In this document: piece by piece, positions 1 to 12,551 of the stretch | How positions within the stretch are numbered: the stretch's first letter is position 1 | How the letters are laid out: the number at the start of each line of letters is the position of its first letter | DNA from: Octopus sinensis | Lineage: Eukaryota | Assembly: GCF_006345805.1 (NCBI RefSeq) | Contig: NC_043017.1 | Coordinates: 33,480,001-33,544,000 of the forward strand | Length of the DNA stretch: 64,000 nt | Direction of reading: 5' to 3' | Notes under the pieces: model-generated | The model's database searches: none | What the model was told of the DNA's origin: nothing | Seen by the model: the letters and a program-made list of their open reading frames with translations, nothing else | Program-made: the position numbers and the translations under genes

Positions 1-650
1 ATTGCAAATGAAAAGCAAACACAAAGCATCAATGTGAAATCGGTTCCTTTGTTTGGAAGCAATATGACGGGAGACTATGCTATATAGCCGAGGGCACTTA
101 AAGGCCTCCTAAATGCTACACTTGCAGTCATAGATGTTAGGCAAATAAAAGATGTTTGCGATACGGTCATTCTTTAGATTGATTTTTTGCATCGCTTTGT
201 ATCTGAAGTAATTATAGATAATGTGAAGATAAAAATATTTAATTTCATATGTCTTTGATCACAGATAATGCAACTTGCCATCCACAATCTCTGCAACATT
301 ACCATCCAAATGTTAGATTAATGTTTATGCTGTCAAATACAATATAATATCTGCAAACAATGCACCAAAGCATTATTGCATCGTTTAAAACATTTTATCT
401 TTGACACCCATTTGATCAGTTAAGAAATGTTATTGATAAAAGACGGGACCAAAAACTAGGAGAAATATGTAAAAAACCATACGATGGTCTGTGTGGCGTA
501 AAACTAATTACAGGGGTGTGGGATTATTTACGGAAGCAACTGTGAAAGACGTTTGGAATCCTGCCTTCAATTTATTGATAATGCTGTGGGATTCGAAGAA
601 ATATAAATTGCAAAAATAAAGGGAAGGGATCATTGTAAATTGCCAATCGC
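1..650 (+). mobile_element. Decayed Tigger/pogo-family DDE transposase fragment
   Basis: Manual + strand translation across stops and frameshifts gives LFGSNMTGDY..PRALKGLLNATLAV..DNATCHPQSLQHYHPNVRLMFMLSNTI*YLQTMHQSIIASFKTFYL. This matches the Tigger pattern [50 protein letters not shown]. Confidence 0.75.
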
Positions 651-997
651 TTTACTAATATATCAGAAATGAGAATTTCACTAGAATGGAGGAACATTAT
701 GGAGAAAGTTGAAGATTTAACAAAAGGAATATCTGTTTGTCTTTGATTCTGAAGGGCTAGACGATACTTTTCTCGCATCGAAACCCCGATTACTTTTCCG
801 TGTTCCAAGATTCCAATATTAGGCGAAATATAACAATTATTACAGATCTATACAAATCTCACGTTTGCTATCGTGAAATTTATAGCGAAAACCGAAAATT
901 GTTAAAGGAAACAGATATAATCATCCAGTTTGTGCTAAATGACGCATAGAAAATTAGCAGCAAAGCAACTTTGTCGTGTTATAATAAAAGTTCTTTC

Positions 998-1205
998 CAC
1001 TTTTGGTACAAGGCCAGCGATTCTGAGAGGAGGTGAAAGAGTCGATTACATGTACCTCAATACGTAACCGGTGCTTTATTTTATCGACCCCATTGAAAGT
1101 ATGAAATCCAAAAGTGACTTCGTATTTCTACACAGAATGTTGAGAGTCGAAAGAAATACTGCAAAGAGTTTTTCTGGAGATCTAATGATTTAGTCACACG
1201 CGTCA
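998..1205 (-). mobile_element. SINE-B variant (alternative 3' tail), degenerate
   Basis: Reverse complement carries the GGGGTCGATAAAATAAAGCACC core and the CTGGCCTTGTACCAAAA tail shared with 12200 and 12712. Confidence 0.6.
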
Positions 1206-2559
1206 ACTTGGAATCAAGAAGTGCGTGTTCATCACCGGTCATCAATGACCGAAACGTGGTTCTGTTGCCCCGTTATGTGTCCCCTACCCGGGACCATCGA
1301 ACGGCTTCCATTCCTTCGTTTTAGAGGACACACCTTAGCCCTGACATCGCAGACTTCATGCAAGCACGCCGTTCGCGATACCATTTAATTTTTTTTTATT
1401 ACTTATTAAATTTCTTATTATTAACTAAATCTCTTACTTTTTGTATCACTACTTCCTTACTAAATATTAATGATGCTAATCTAATAGCCTTTTTTTTTTG
1501 CTAATACCACCTCTGCAATGTTTTCGTTTTTTTTTAATTTATTTTATTTTGCGACGTATTCTTTAGATTCACTTCATAAGACATGCAGCATTCTATGTTT
1601 TTCCTTTATGTGTATCTCTCATTCCATTTCTATTCCACATTTTTCAGGTCTCATGTTTTCTTAAATGACATCTGCCCCTCTCTCCTTAACTCTTTTCACC
1701 AACTGTTTTCTTTTTTAACATATATATATAAATGCATAAATTTTTTAAAATCTGAATTTAAATACAATGTTGCACAATATTTGAAAATGGATTTTATTTT
1801 ATTTGGCCATTGCAAGGACAAAATAATGCATATGGTTTTAAGTTGACACTCATACAAACATACAAAGAAACACACTGATTCTCTCTCTCACTCACTCTCT
1901 CTCTCTTTTTCTCTTTCTCTATCTATCTATCTATCTTTATCTCTCTCTCCACAAACACACACACACAAACTAGTGCGCGTGATGCAAATATTAGTCACTT
2001 GATTCTATTCCTAAGTATATATGCTGAGAGGTAGAAAAAACTTCCCGTGAATTAATTATAGCTACTGTATGCAGCATTTAGAATATATACAAATATGAAT
2101 TAAATATCAACTAGGTACTGTACCTTTTTACAAAATTATTTTCTAATATAAATGCTGTAAAGTATGACATCAAGTATTGGTAAGAGCACAAAATTAATTT
2201 TATTGCAACTTTCTTTATCTTTATATTTAATATAAACTACTGAAATGATGCTATGGCGCGAGCAAAAAGGCAATAAATTGAGTTTATACATAAGAGCTAT
2301 TGTGAAAATAAATTGATAACAAGAAGTGTAATAATTGGTCCTCTCTTAATATCCATTATTAATACATGATAACAATAAATATTTCAAAATTATAAATTTT
2401 ATATCCGTTAATTTATTTTGACTAAATATTAATTTTTGTTGGAACATTCAAATGTAGTGGTTGTCAGTATTTGTAGGTGTATTTCCAAATTTATCTAAAT
2501 TTCTATTTTCCAATTCTCAAGCAGCTCGGATCTACTTGTACTTGCGGCGGCACCCAACT

Positions 2560-3200
2560 GGTTTGTGTTAAGTCGGGTCCGACCAACGATTTTACCGAGT
2601 CCTTCATGAATACTGACGGTCGGCTGCAGTCGAGGCTGTAGCACTGAAGTCGTGGCCGTAGTTGTCATTCGCTGTTGAGGTGTAGAGTTTAAGTTCGGGG
2701 TTTTAGCGGAAAAACAAGTCGTCCCCGATCAAATGCTTATACACTTTGGGATAGTGCGATTCGTAGCACCTCGTCTTGCCGTTGAATGACGACCGTCGCA
2801 GACGATTCGTTGACCTCGTCACTGCCGATTATCTGAGCAGACGTAACCGGGATTTGAGACGGGTTCTAGCGAAATCGTTAACAAACGCTAAGGAGCATCT
2901 CACTCCCAGTAGTCTTCCAGCGCGCTGGGTACCACCAAACCAGAATTTTTGCGGACCCTTGCTATGGTTAGATAACCATTGAAGCTACACTAGGTTTATC
3001 CGTTCTTTGACAGGTCTTGATTTTGGTCCTGCTGATTTTTCTTGTAACCCTCCTCATCAGGCAAGCTTTGTGGAAGTACTGATTCAGTCACTAACGACCC
3101 AACCATACTTCAGGTTGTACTGGATTCCATGTTACCAGTACCATTCAAGTGACCTTATAGCATGTGATGTTAATAACTGGAATGTTAATACCATCATATA
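2560..3200 (-). mobile_element. Probable Ty3/Gypsy integrase C-terminal remnant
   Basis: GC-rich island. Frameshifted minus-strand reading gives QPEVWLGR..VLPQSLPDEEGYKKNQQDQNQ..CSFNGYLTIARVRKNSG..WYPARWKTTGSEM, resembling the Gypsy tail SPAELLFGRRLRT..KQ..QK..RSF.VGD.VLARNY.G.KWLPG..K.TG. No LTR identified. Confidence 0.45.
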
Positions 3201-3451
3201 CACAGCTGCTATCGCTATTAAAGAAAAAATCAGGAGAAATCTGCTGTGTACATCGTAATGGAATTACTAAACGAAAGCAATCTTCATGGAAAACTTGAAG
3301 AAAACATCAGCAATCCGCACCATCATATTGGATGGTTAATCACAATAATAAAATATATAGTTTATTTAGTTTATATATTAGATCTGTACCCGTCCATAGT
3401 CTAAACCTTTCTGAACATCGTTATATCAGGACTCAGTATTCAATGTTGTGC

Positions 3452-3689
3452 GAAGGCGGCGAGCTGGCAGAACCGTTAGCACGCCGGGCGAAATGCGTAG
3501 CCGTATTTCGTCTGCCGTTACGTTCTGAGTTCAAATTCCGCCGAGGTCGACTTTGCCTTTCATCCTTTCGGGGTCGATAAATTAAGTATCAGTTACGAAC
3601 TGGGGTCGATATAATCGACTTAATCCGTTTGTCTGTCCTTGTTTGTCCCCTCTATGTTTAGCCCCCTGTGGGTAGTAAAGAAACAAAAA
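3452..3689 (+). mobile_element. SINE-B, full monomer with 10-bp TSD
   Basis: tRNA-like head (TGGCAGAACCGTTAGC box A, GAGTTCAAATTCC box B), core GGTCGACTTTGCCTTTCATCCTTTCGGGGTCGAT, tail TAAAGAAAC. TSD AATGTTGTGC at 3442-3451 and 3690-3699. Confidence 0.9.
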
Positions 3690-3876
3690 AATGTTGTGCT
3701 TTACCCAAGAGAGACATAAATAGCGGGATTGTGATGCTTCACAACTCTTTTGATAGCATGGTGAAATGGAGTCTGGGAATCTTGCTTTTGGGAGATATAG
3801 AAACTTCTGATTAGATTTCATTTCACTGGACATTATTATTCAGCAACACAAGAATAAAACATAAGTAGTACAAACT

Positions 3877-4090
3877 TTGGATCTTTTCACTTTGACCGGC
3901 AGATTTTAAAAATAATTTTTTGTAGCTAAACACTTTTAAACTTCGTATAGTGGTAGAATGTGTCACATAAAACATATTTTTCTCTTGGCGTTCTTGAGAA
4001 AATTCTGTAGTTTGTCAGCTATTTGTAGTTAAATTTCTCGTATTTCGGCAATTTCAACCAATCAATGACGTCTATTGAGGTGAATACAAT
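3877..4090 (+). mobile_element. Left half of the MITE family also seen at 61372-61790
   Basis: Starts TTGGATCTTTTCACTTTGACCGGCAG, similar to the left TIR at 61372; collinear homology for about 210 bp. Confidence 0.7.
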
Positions 4091-4371
4091 ATATACATAG
4101 ATAATATACACACATTTTATATACATTGAAACAGCTTTGAAAAGGCTGCAACCGTTGTTTCATTTGGACTTTGTGATTACTGTCAGCGTATGCTCCAGCG
4201 AAATATCTCCGTATAATGTTTTCTAAGTTTACATAAAGATAGTGAAATCTGAATTACCTTTAAGAATGTGAAAGACGGAAGAGCTTCAGATCATCATTAC
4301 TGCAAGACACGTTGTCCTGAAATTGAGTTTCTTCACGACAGCTGTTTTCCTTCGCCAGAACAAATATTGGT

Positions 4372-4582
4372 TCAAATATTGGCACAAGGCCTGTAAATTC
4401 GCGGGAGGGATTATTCGATTATATTGATCCCAGTGCTAGACGAGTGCTTATTTTATCGACCCCGAAAAGATAAAAGGCAGAGTCACTCTCGGCGGAATTT
4501 GAACTCGAAACATAAAAACGGAGGAAAGTGCCAACTATGCATTTTGCCCGGCGTGATAACGATTCTGACAACTTGCCGCTTT
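4372..4582 (-). mobile_element. SINE-B variant, diverged
   Basis: Reverse complement has GAGTTCAAATTCCGCCGAG..CCTTTTATCTTTTCGGGGTCGATAAAATAAG and a CTTGTGCCAATATTTGAACCA tail. Confidence 0.7.
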
Positions 4583-4689
4583 GGTCATAAAAAAATGTTG
4601 CAACGTTAGATCTCTTAATGACATCTCTAAGGAATTTTATTGAATTACAGAAAACTAAATTGATAGTTACATTCGAAGTCTTTGTCATT

Positions 4690-5130
4690 AGAGGTGGTCA
4701 GTAAGAAATTATCCACCATTTGTCGTCAGCTGCACGCTATTCAGAAAACGTCTGGAAACCTATATTTTAGGTCCATTTTCAGTATTACTGATGCTCAGTT
4801 TTACCTCTTTAGAAATCGTTTGGTGCATTCGTTATTTTTCATGCAAGGAGAATTTCTGTTGAGGTCAATACAGAAGCCATGAAACTTCTCGCTTTTTACT
4901 ACACTGGAAGTTCTTCCGTCCTATAAGTGCCCTAAAAATCTACAGATATGATGAAATCAATTAGTATGGATTGAATATTATTGGATTGCTTAAATCAAAA
5001 TGTTTCTATGTGGTATTCTCTCATTTTCCGTAGCATTTGTGATGGCAGCAACATTTATAGAAAATTGTAGCTTATTAGCTCTGAACGTAGTTTGAACTCG
5101 TATCGAACAAGATTCTTTCATTTTACCTCA
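4690..5130 (-). mobile_element. Helitron Rep (HUH) coding remnant
   Basis: Minus-strand reading gives ENERIPHRNILI (cf. QKRGLPHAHILI, HUH motif), IDFIISVDF (cf. IDKIISAEI) and KFHGFCIDLNRNSPCMKNNECTKRF (cf. MIHGPCG.LNPNSPCM.DG.CTKRFPK), with stops and frameshifts. Confidence 0.75.
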
Positions 5131-5196
5131 TTAATTAAAATAAGATAAACAGCAGCAGCTCTGCATTCACTGCATATTGTGCTATGCACAAATAGT

Positions 5197-5204
5197 TAGA
5201 TAGG

Positions 5205-5271
<67 letters not shown>

Positions 5272-5330
5272 GTAGACAGAAAGATAGATAGATGGATAGA
5301 TAGGTAGACAGAAAGATAGATGGATGGATG

Positions 5331-5387
<57 letters not shown>

Positions 5388-5514
5388 GTTTCTTTATTGG
5401 CCACACAGGGCTGCACACAGATGGGACAAGTTACAAGGTAGAGCTTTTCTTTTGGGGGATGAAAGAAAACAAAAAACAAAAAACAAAAGAAACAAAAAAG
5501 ATAGATGGATAGAC

Positions 5515-5586
<72 letters not shown>
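5197..5586. repeat. Two (GATA)n microsatellite tracts (5197-5386, 5501-5586)
   Basis: Direct reading of the tandem tetramers. Confidence 0.95.
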
Positions 5587-5703
5587 TGAGAAAAGTTGTA
5601 AGAGAGTGAGAGAGAGGTAGGAAGGCAAATACTTGAGGAAACAAAACTGAATGAGGAGAATGATGAGAGCGCATTATAGAAAGACTCAAAGAGTCACAAC
5701 TGG

Positions 5704-5800
5704 GGTGGCTGTGGAGGAGGTGGTGGCTGTGGAGGATGTGGTGGCTGTGGAGGAGGTGGTGGCTGTGGAGGAGGTGGTGGCTGTGGAGGAGGTGGTGGTA
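5704..5800. repeat. 18-bp minisatellite (GGTGGCTGTGGAGGAGGT) x about 5
   Basis: Direct reading; one unit has GGT>TGT. Confidence 0.9.
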
Positions 5801-5887
5801 GCCACATACAAAAGTGAGAGATAGACAAACATATACAAACTTGGTCTTATATACATATTCAAAGCGAAATGTTTGTGTATGTATGTT

Positions 5888-5888
<1 letters not shown>

Positions 5889-5949
<61 letters not shown>

Positions 5950-6300
5950 GAGAGAGATAGAGAGAGAGAGAGAGAAAGAGAGGGATAACTATATTGATAT
6001 GCTCTCTAACTGTTTAGTTTAAATGGCAAAATGTTATTGATTTGTGATTGACCTGTGCTGATGCAATCACTTGGCAGTATATGTGTAAGAATGCAATTTA
6101 CATAAATGATGCTGCAAATAAACAGATCTATCTTGGTTGAATACGATGTGAATTGATTGTTGATATTTTAGTTTACGACAAAAATCTAAGTATATAGCAA
6201 TCTCTGCAAACATTCTTTGATGCAAGTACCACCTACATAAATACACACATGTATGTATGTATATATATATATATGTAAGTAAGTATACACTGTTACACTT

Positions 6301-6346
<46 letters not shown>
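5889..6346. repeat. (TA)n and (GA)n microsatellites (5889-5980, 6261-6346)
   Basis: Direct reading. Confidence 0.9.
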
Positions 6347-6350
<4 letters not shown>

Positions 6351-6794
6351 TACTCTTATGCACACGCATACATATTCTTGTATCAATGCACGTTTGTGAA
6401 TGTATTCAGTTATCTGTCGAACAAGCTTTGTATACGTTAATTGGAAATATATATACAGTTTTAAAATACATTAGTCGCAGTATTTCCAACAATAGCAATA
6501 CTTGTAGAATAAAGAAAAATATGTTTGGGCAGTTTGATTTAGTGTTGCCGACATTGTGAAACATGTTTCGTTAAACGGTCTAACAAAGCTGAAAAATGTC
6601 TGCTGTATTCAACAAGCGGTTTTGAACACCAAATTCATTCGATATCGTATTGTGTATATTTTTCAATCTTGGTCGTGGGTGCTTTTGATTGTTAATCGCT
6701 TGGATAATCTATCTTGATCACTATAGTATCAATGTCACGCGTATATTTATATTTACTACGTAGAACAACATTTCCGTGAAGTGGTTCTCGTTAG

Positions 6795-6925
6795 CCATAT
6801 TGCTGTTGTTAATAACGAGCATGGTTCTGGGTTCAGTCCTACTGCGTGGTAACTGGGGAAAGTGTCTTCTACTATAGCCTCAGACCGACCAAAGCCATGT
6901 GAGTGGATTTGGCCGACAGGATCCA
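6795..6925 (+). mobile_element. SINE-A 5' fragment, degenerate
   Basis: CATGGTTCTGGGTTCAGTCCTACTGCGTGG..AAGTGTCTTCTACTATAGCC..GACCAAAGCC. Confidence 0.65.
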
Positions 6926-6980
6926 TCACAGATATACTGTGCAAGTGAAGTGTCTTAAATATTCTTGGGAATTAATCTTT

Positions 6981-7388
6981 AATCTTTTACTTGTTTCAGT
7001 CATTTGACTGCGGCCATGCTGGTGCACCGCCTTTAATCAAGCAAATCGACCCCGGGACTTATTCTTTTCTAAGCCCAGTACTTATTCTATCGGTCTCTTT
7101 TGCCGAACCGCTAAGTAACGGGGACATAAACACACCAGCATCGGTTGTCAAGTAATGCTAGGGGACAAACACAGACACACAAACACACTCACGCACATAT
7201 ATATATATATACATACATATATACGACAGGCTTCTTTCAGTTTCCGTCTACCAAATCCACTCACAAGGCTTTGGTCGGCCCGAGGCTATAGTAGAAGACA
7301 CTTGCCCAAGGTTCCACGCAGTGGGACTGAACCCGGAACCATGTGGTTGGTAAACAAGCTACTTTCCACACAGCCACTCCTGCGCCTA
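6981..7388 (-). mobile_element. SINE-A, full length
   Basis: Reverse complement of the consensus: AGGCGCAGGAGTGGCTGTGTGG head, internal (TA)/(TG) tract, GAAACAAGTAAAAGA tail. Confidence 0.92.
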
Positions 7389-8620
7389 TTGTATCAAAAT
7401 ATGTGAAAATATTTTCTGTATTGTAGCAGTATAACCAATTTATTTCACAGGAATGTTAACGCCGAAATCCTATCTGGACCCCCGTTGAGAACAACTGATA
7501 TAAAGAAATCATCCATGATTTTATGAATTTATGTTTTGTGTCATTTATTTAGTGGCCAGATTTTCATGGGTTACGTCAGTTAAACAGTATAAAAAAGATG
7601 AATTCATGTTTCAAGTGAGATGATACTTTACGTATATTCTTATATTATTCTTGTTTATCTAAACAAATTTCGTCAAAGTCAACTTTGCCTTTTATCATTT
7701 CGGGGTCGATAAAATGAGTGCCAATTCAGCACTGAGATTGATACAATTTGATAATACACTCCCCACAAATTTCAGGTGTTCTACCTATAGTAGAAAGAAT
7801 GATTTTTATTATTATGTATTTCCAAAATTCAAAGCAGCCTTATTTAATTAGGAACAAGATTATAGTGGATGGCCTAAATTTATATTTATGTGTGCTTCGT
7901 ATAGATCTGTTACATTATACATCACCATACATACAAAACCTGACGGAGACACACTCACATACCGTAGGGAATTCGGTAATGAAGTTATTTTTAGAAAATT
8001 CTAATCAGCTGAAATTCATAAAAATCTTCAAAAAGTTTCCCAGTGGTTTGGCAAATGTCATAACACAGGTTAATGAGATTAGCAAATCATGCAAGTGAAT
8101 ATATGTGACTTAATTAGAAGCAGTGTTTCATCGATCTCAACCAAATAGCGCTCATTAACAATCCATATATATCTAAATTAGCAGACATACAATTCTGAAA
8201 TTTATGTATTGCCATTTCACGAAACCATTCTTTTCTTTTTATTATGTTAAAGGTTAAAATGATGTTGGTGAACACCGAATTGTGCTAAACTCTTTTACTA
8301 TCAGTTGATTAATGAGGGAATATTATTTATTTATTTTCTGCTACAGCTGTTCAAAAATTTTATTGTTATTTTTCATTTAGCTGAATCAGAACAGGACAGA
8401 AATGTGTCAACAAATACTTTTTTCTTTCTTGGATGCAAAATTAATAGTCTCTCTCTAACTAGGAGGAATTCTTAAAAAAATAAAGTAACATATAAAAAGA
8501 CAATATAGCTTTTCTTTCGTTCGTTTTCTGCTGATATTAAACTCGCCGCTGTAGCAAAGCACGATCTATCTATCTCTTTGTTTGTTTGGCTGTCTGTCTC
8601 TTTCTTTCTCTATCTATCTA

Positions 8621-8680
<60 letters not shown>

Positions 8681-8910
8681 TAATAAAGGGTTATTTGCAA
8701 CAAGTTGCTTAAACCACATACCGAAAATATTAGAAATAGCAGCCAAATAGGTTACCATTACTATTACTACAAAAATAAGTCTCCACAAACAACCGTATTT
8801 GTAACCCGTATATGGTAAAAAAGAAGGAAGACAACGAAATCACACAGTCTACTTTGGATCGATTATATTTCACTCTTTATACGCATCGTGTATATATATA
8901 TATATATATA

Positions 8911-9252
8911 TTTATGTAACATATGATATAATTATAAACAGGGCAAATTTTAGCCATTTCTCCGTAGACTGAAAAAAAAATGATGAATAACCTTAATCGA
9001 TTTTCGAACCTGACTGGGTCCCCATCACAGGAATCTACAGTATTCTGATAGTCTCAAAACGAACAAACAGCCAAGCTGTTTATATACTTAACAAATGCAG
9101 CAGTTACTCTATGAAGGAGTCCCTAATTTGCCTACCGAAAGTGATTAACACTCTATAAATACCAGCGTCCTGTCAACGGGGATGTTAGTCCACAAGGTAT
9201 CAAGGTATGATATAATATATGTGTAACACATAGTATAATTATAAACAGTAAG
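8911..9252. repeat. About 310-bp unit bounded by ~28-bp imperfect direct repeats, next to (TA)n; possibly a PLE terminus
   Basis: TGTAACATATGATATAATTATAAACAG versus TGTAACACATAGTATAATTATAAACAG; a decayed HHR-like string on the minus strand. Confidence 0.35.
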
Positions 9253-9650
9253 TATATACTTTTTATACACTCACACATTCACAACTGTCGTGTTTATAGA
9301 TGTTCGAGTCCCACGGACAGCCTTCAACTTTTTCTATCCATGTTTCTTTCAGCACAATATTTACACGTTATAATTTATGGCTTCATTTACTTCGACTTCT
9401 ACATTTAAGATCGAAATATTTTCATTTCTCAGAGTTTCTGAATTCTTGTAAAGTAAACATCATGCCATTCTCGCTGAAAAGAACAAACCTCTGAAAATGG
9501 ATTGAGAAATTCGAAAGATTGCCATGACCCAACAGTAGAACGTCTGTCATGGTTACACAAGATGTTCATTCAACGAATACAATTTCAATTAATGTTTATG
9601 TACATTCAGTATCCTTATATCTATATATTTTATATAACTAATACATATAT

Positions 9651-10043
9651 GGAGTGGCTGTGTGGTAAGTAGCTTGTTTACCAATCACATGGTTGCAGGT
9701 TCAGTCCCACTGCGTGGCACCTTGGGCAAGTGTCTTCTACTATAGCCTCGGGCCGACCAAAGCCTTGTGAGTGGATTTGGTAGAAGGAAACTGAAAGAAG
9801 CCCGTCGTATATATGTAAATATATATATATATGCGTGTGTGTTTGTCCCCTTAGCATTGCTTGACAACCGATGTTGGTGTGCTTATGTCCCCGTCACTTA
9901 ACGGTTCGGCAAAAGTGACCGATAGAATAAGTACTGGGCTTACAAAAGAATAAGTCCCGGGGTCGAATTGCTCGATTAAAGGCGGTGCTCCAGCATGGCC
10001 GCAGTCAAATGACTGAAACAAGTAAAAGAGTAAAAGAGTAAAA
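9651..10043 (+). mobile_element. SINE-A, near full length
   Basis: GGAGTGGCTGTGTGGTAAGTAGCTTG..GGTTCAGTCCC box B..(AAAAGAGT)n tail. Confidence 0.92.
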
Positions 10044-10394
10044 AAAATACTACTTAAATGTTGTATTCAGGGGTATAGCCAGGTTCTAAAGTTAGGGGGG
10101 AGCGAGAACATAAAAAAGGTGCAGTGACACACACCAAACATTTCACCAAACTCATTTCTCAATGTTGAAAAGGCACCAATTATGAAGAATGTGCTGGGGT
10201 AGATTGCTCGCTGTCTTTGCTTCCCTATTAGCTACATCACTGATTCTGTTGATTAAATTTGTTCTATGTTGTAACAGAATCAAAATCTGTCATTTGTGTT
10301 TAACTCTAAGCAAGCATTACCGATTGTAGTAGGCAACAGAATTCCTTGATGTAAGTTGTTTTGACAACGAAAACGTTTATGGTAAATGCTTAAA

Positions 10395-10640
10395 ATATAT
10401 ATTTGAAAGAAAAGCTTGCGCTGGTACATCATGTAATGCTTATGAATGATGACATTTGGCTGACGAAGTGTCAAATAACGCACACGGAAAGAATCTGTAG
10501 AAGAAAAAAGTTGAAGGAAATGGAGAAAGCAAGGGAAAAATGTAGAAACAGATAAATGACATAACAAGTGGCAAGATGTGATAAAACCGAAATATCCAAA
10601 GCAGACTAATATGCTGCAAAGACAAGCCTCAAAGGAAGTT
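10395..10640 (+). mobile_element. RTE-type LINE 3' ORF remnant
   Basis: Frameshifted reading RKSLRWY-HVMLMNDDIWLTKCQITHTERICRR resembles the RTE C-terminus RRLRWYGHVMRM.ED..VKKC..L..EG.CGRGR. Confidence 0.5.
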
Positions 10641-10788
10641 TATTCAAGTGACATGTTCTGTTAAGCTATAGCTTCCATAGGATGTACAAGATTATTTAAT
10701 CCACGGCAGTGGAGCACGTTTCTTGAACCAATGTGTCCCCCCACCCCCACCCCCAAAACAGTATATAAATGCATAATCTCCACATCCC

Positions 10789-11197
10789 AGGCGCAGGAGT
10801 GGCTGTGTGGTAAGTAGCTTGCTTACTAACCACATGGTTCCTGGTTCAGTCCCACTGCGTGGCACCTTGGGCAAGTGTCTTCTGCTATAGCCTCGGGCCG
10901 ACCAATGCCTTGTGAGTGGATTTGGTAGACGGAAACTGAAAGAAGCCCGTCGTATATATGTATATATATATATATATATGCGTGTGTGTTTGTGTGTCTG
11001 TGTTTGTCCCCTAGCATTGCTTGACAACCGATGTTGGTGTGTTTATGTCTCCGTCACTTAGCGGTTCGGCAAAAAAGAGACCGATAGAATAAGTACTGGG
11101 CTTACAAAGAATAAGTCCCGGGGTCGATTTGCTCGACTAAAGGCGGTGCTCCAGCATGGCCGCAGTCAAATGATTGAAACAAGTAAAAGAGTAAAAG
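10789..11197 (+). mobile_element. SINE-A, full length
   Basis: Complete head, internal microsatellite and tail. Confidence 0.92.
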
Positions 11198-11249
11198 TGT
11201 ATCCCAACATAAATACGTGCACATAGGTGCCATAGAAACCCAATTCAAA

Positions 11250-11450
11250 ATCCGTTATCAAAACCACATCTCGTCATTCCGAAAAATAAATAGATGACAC
11301 GCGACCTCACTGGCAGACCTCATATGGAGACTGAAAGAATCAAAAATTAAATACCAAATGGAATAGTCGAAAAAAAAATGCACACCCATGTAATTCGCTA
11401 TCTGACAAATGTGACCTTTGCCCTGAGGAAGCATTGAGTATACTGCTGAG
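11250..11450 (+). mobile_element. PLE GIY-YIG endonuclease C-terminal remnant
   Basis: HATSLADLIWRLKESKIKYQME*..CNSLSDKCDLCPEEALSIL matches the PLE pattern T.LS.YIW.LK..NI.Y.I.W.I..KA..YN....C.LCL.EK..IL. Confidence 0.65.
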
Positions 11451-12199
11451 TATGACATGTCATAGGGGGAGCGTAATATTTATTAAGTGGTTACAAAAGA
11501 TAGTTGAAGGTAATGATATAGATGAGATTTAGAGATATAATTTTAGCAGAGGGGTGATGTTCTGATGGTGAGATTAAAAAAAAGCAGAGAGAGAGAGAGA
11601 GAGGAGAAAGAGAGAGAAAAAGAGAGAAAAAGAGAGATAGCGATGGTGGTGATGATGGTGACGGTGGTGAAATATGTCCTGGCCCTGACCCATCGCCTTG
11701 GCTTATAAGTTACCAATGATGTTGTTTTCAAAATATACCATGCTGCATTAAATTTTTACCCCCGTGAAATTGTGACCCTACGTTTTACATATAAAATCAT
11801 TTTTTTACCTTAAAACTTTTGTTTTTCTAGATATGAAATTGTGACCATGTATATTTTAAAACGTAATTGTTTCTATTTATGGGGGAAATTAAAAAAATAA
11901 GAGTGATTATTTATTCTATGAGTGTTGTGTATTAAGTCTATAAAATTGTGCATACAGTATATAAAGAGTATATATAAAATGCATTAAGTTATCGTTTTTC
12001 AGTTTCCTTCACTTTTCAATGACTAACAGATGAGTGACTATCTTTTGATACAGACAGAATACAGGCCACGCCTTCAGCTTTTATGGATAAAGTTTTCAGG
12101 AATAACTCAATAGGTTTACTATTAATTCCGCTAGTAACAAATATTGTACACTATTTAGATCATGAAAACCCAATGTATTATTTTCCACATATGCTGAAA

Positions 12200-12420
12200 A
12201 GGCGGCCAGCTCGAAGAATGGTTAGCACGCCGGGCATAATACTTGGCGGCATTTTGTCCGTTTTTACGTTCTGAGTCCAAATTCCGCCGAGGTTGAATTT
12301 GCCTTTTATCCCCTTCGGAGTCGGTAAAATAAGTACCAGTTATGCACTGGAGTCGATGTAATCGACTTACCCACCATCCCTCTCAGAACTGCTGGTCTTG
12401 TGCCAAAATATGAAACCATT
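12200..12420 (+). mobile_element. SINE-B variant (alternative tail)
   Basis: AAGGCGGCCAGCTCG..GTTAGCACGCCGGGC head, shared core, tail GCTGGTCTTGTGCCAAAATATGAAACCA. Confidence 0.8.
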
Positions 12421-12551
12421 ATTTTCCCATTCGCTGATTGGTGAAGTTCAACGCATGATTCCGGTTTATCTTATATAAAATTAGTTGCATGTGAGCCTAC
12501 GTAGTCGACCTACAAATTTACCTATTTCGCTACTGATTGAATAATGATCAG

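Noticed and set aside
1225-1262. Hairpin CGGTCAT-caa-ATGACCG followed by GAAAC, hammerhead-like
   Set aside because: No CTGANGA on the same strand; the upstream TTCATCAC is in the wrong orientation.
3030-3060. CTGATGAG..GAAA on the minus strand
   Set aside because: No stem II, stem I or cleavage site.
2776-3258. Two in-frame + strand ORFs (68 and 83 aa)
   Set aside because: No recognisable motif or splice context; better explained as antisense to the Gypsy-like integrase remnant.
7465-7505. GGACCCCCGTTGAGAACAACTG, resembling a hAT MITE right end
   Set aside because: No matching left TIR or TSD found.
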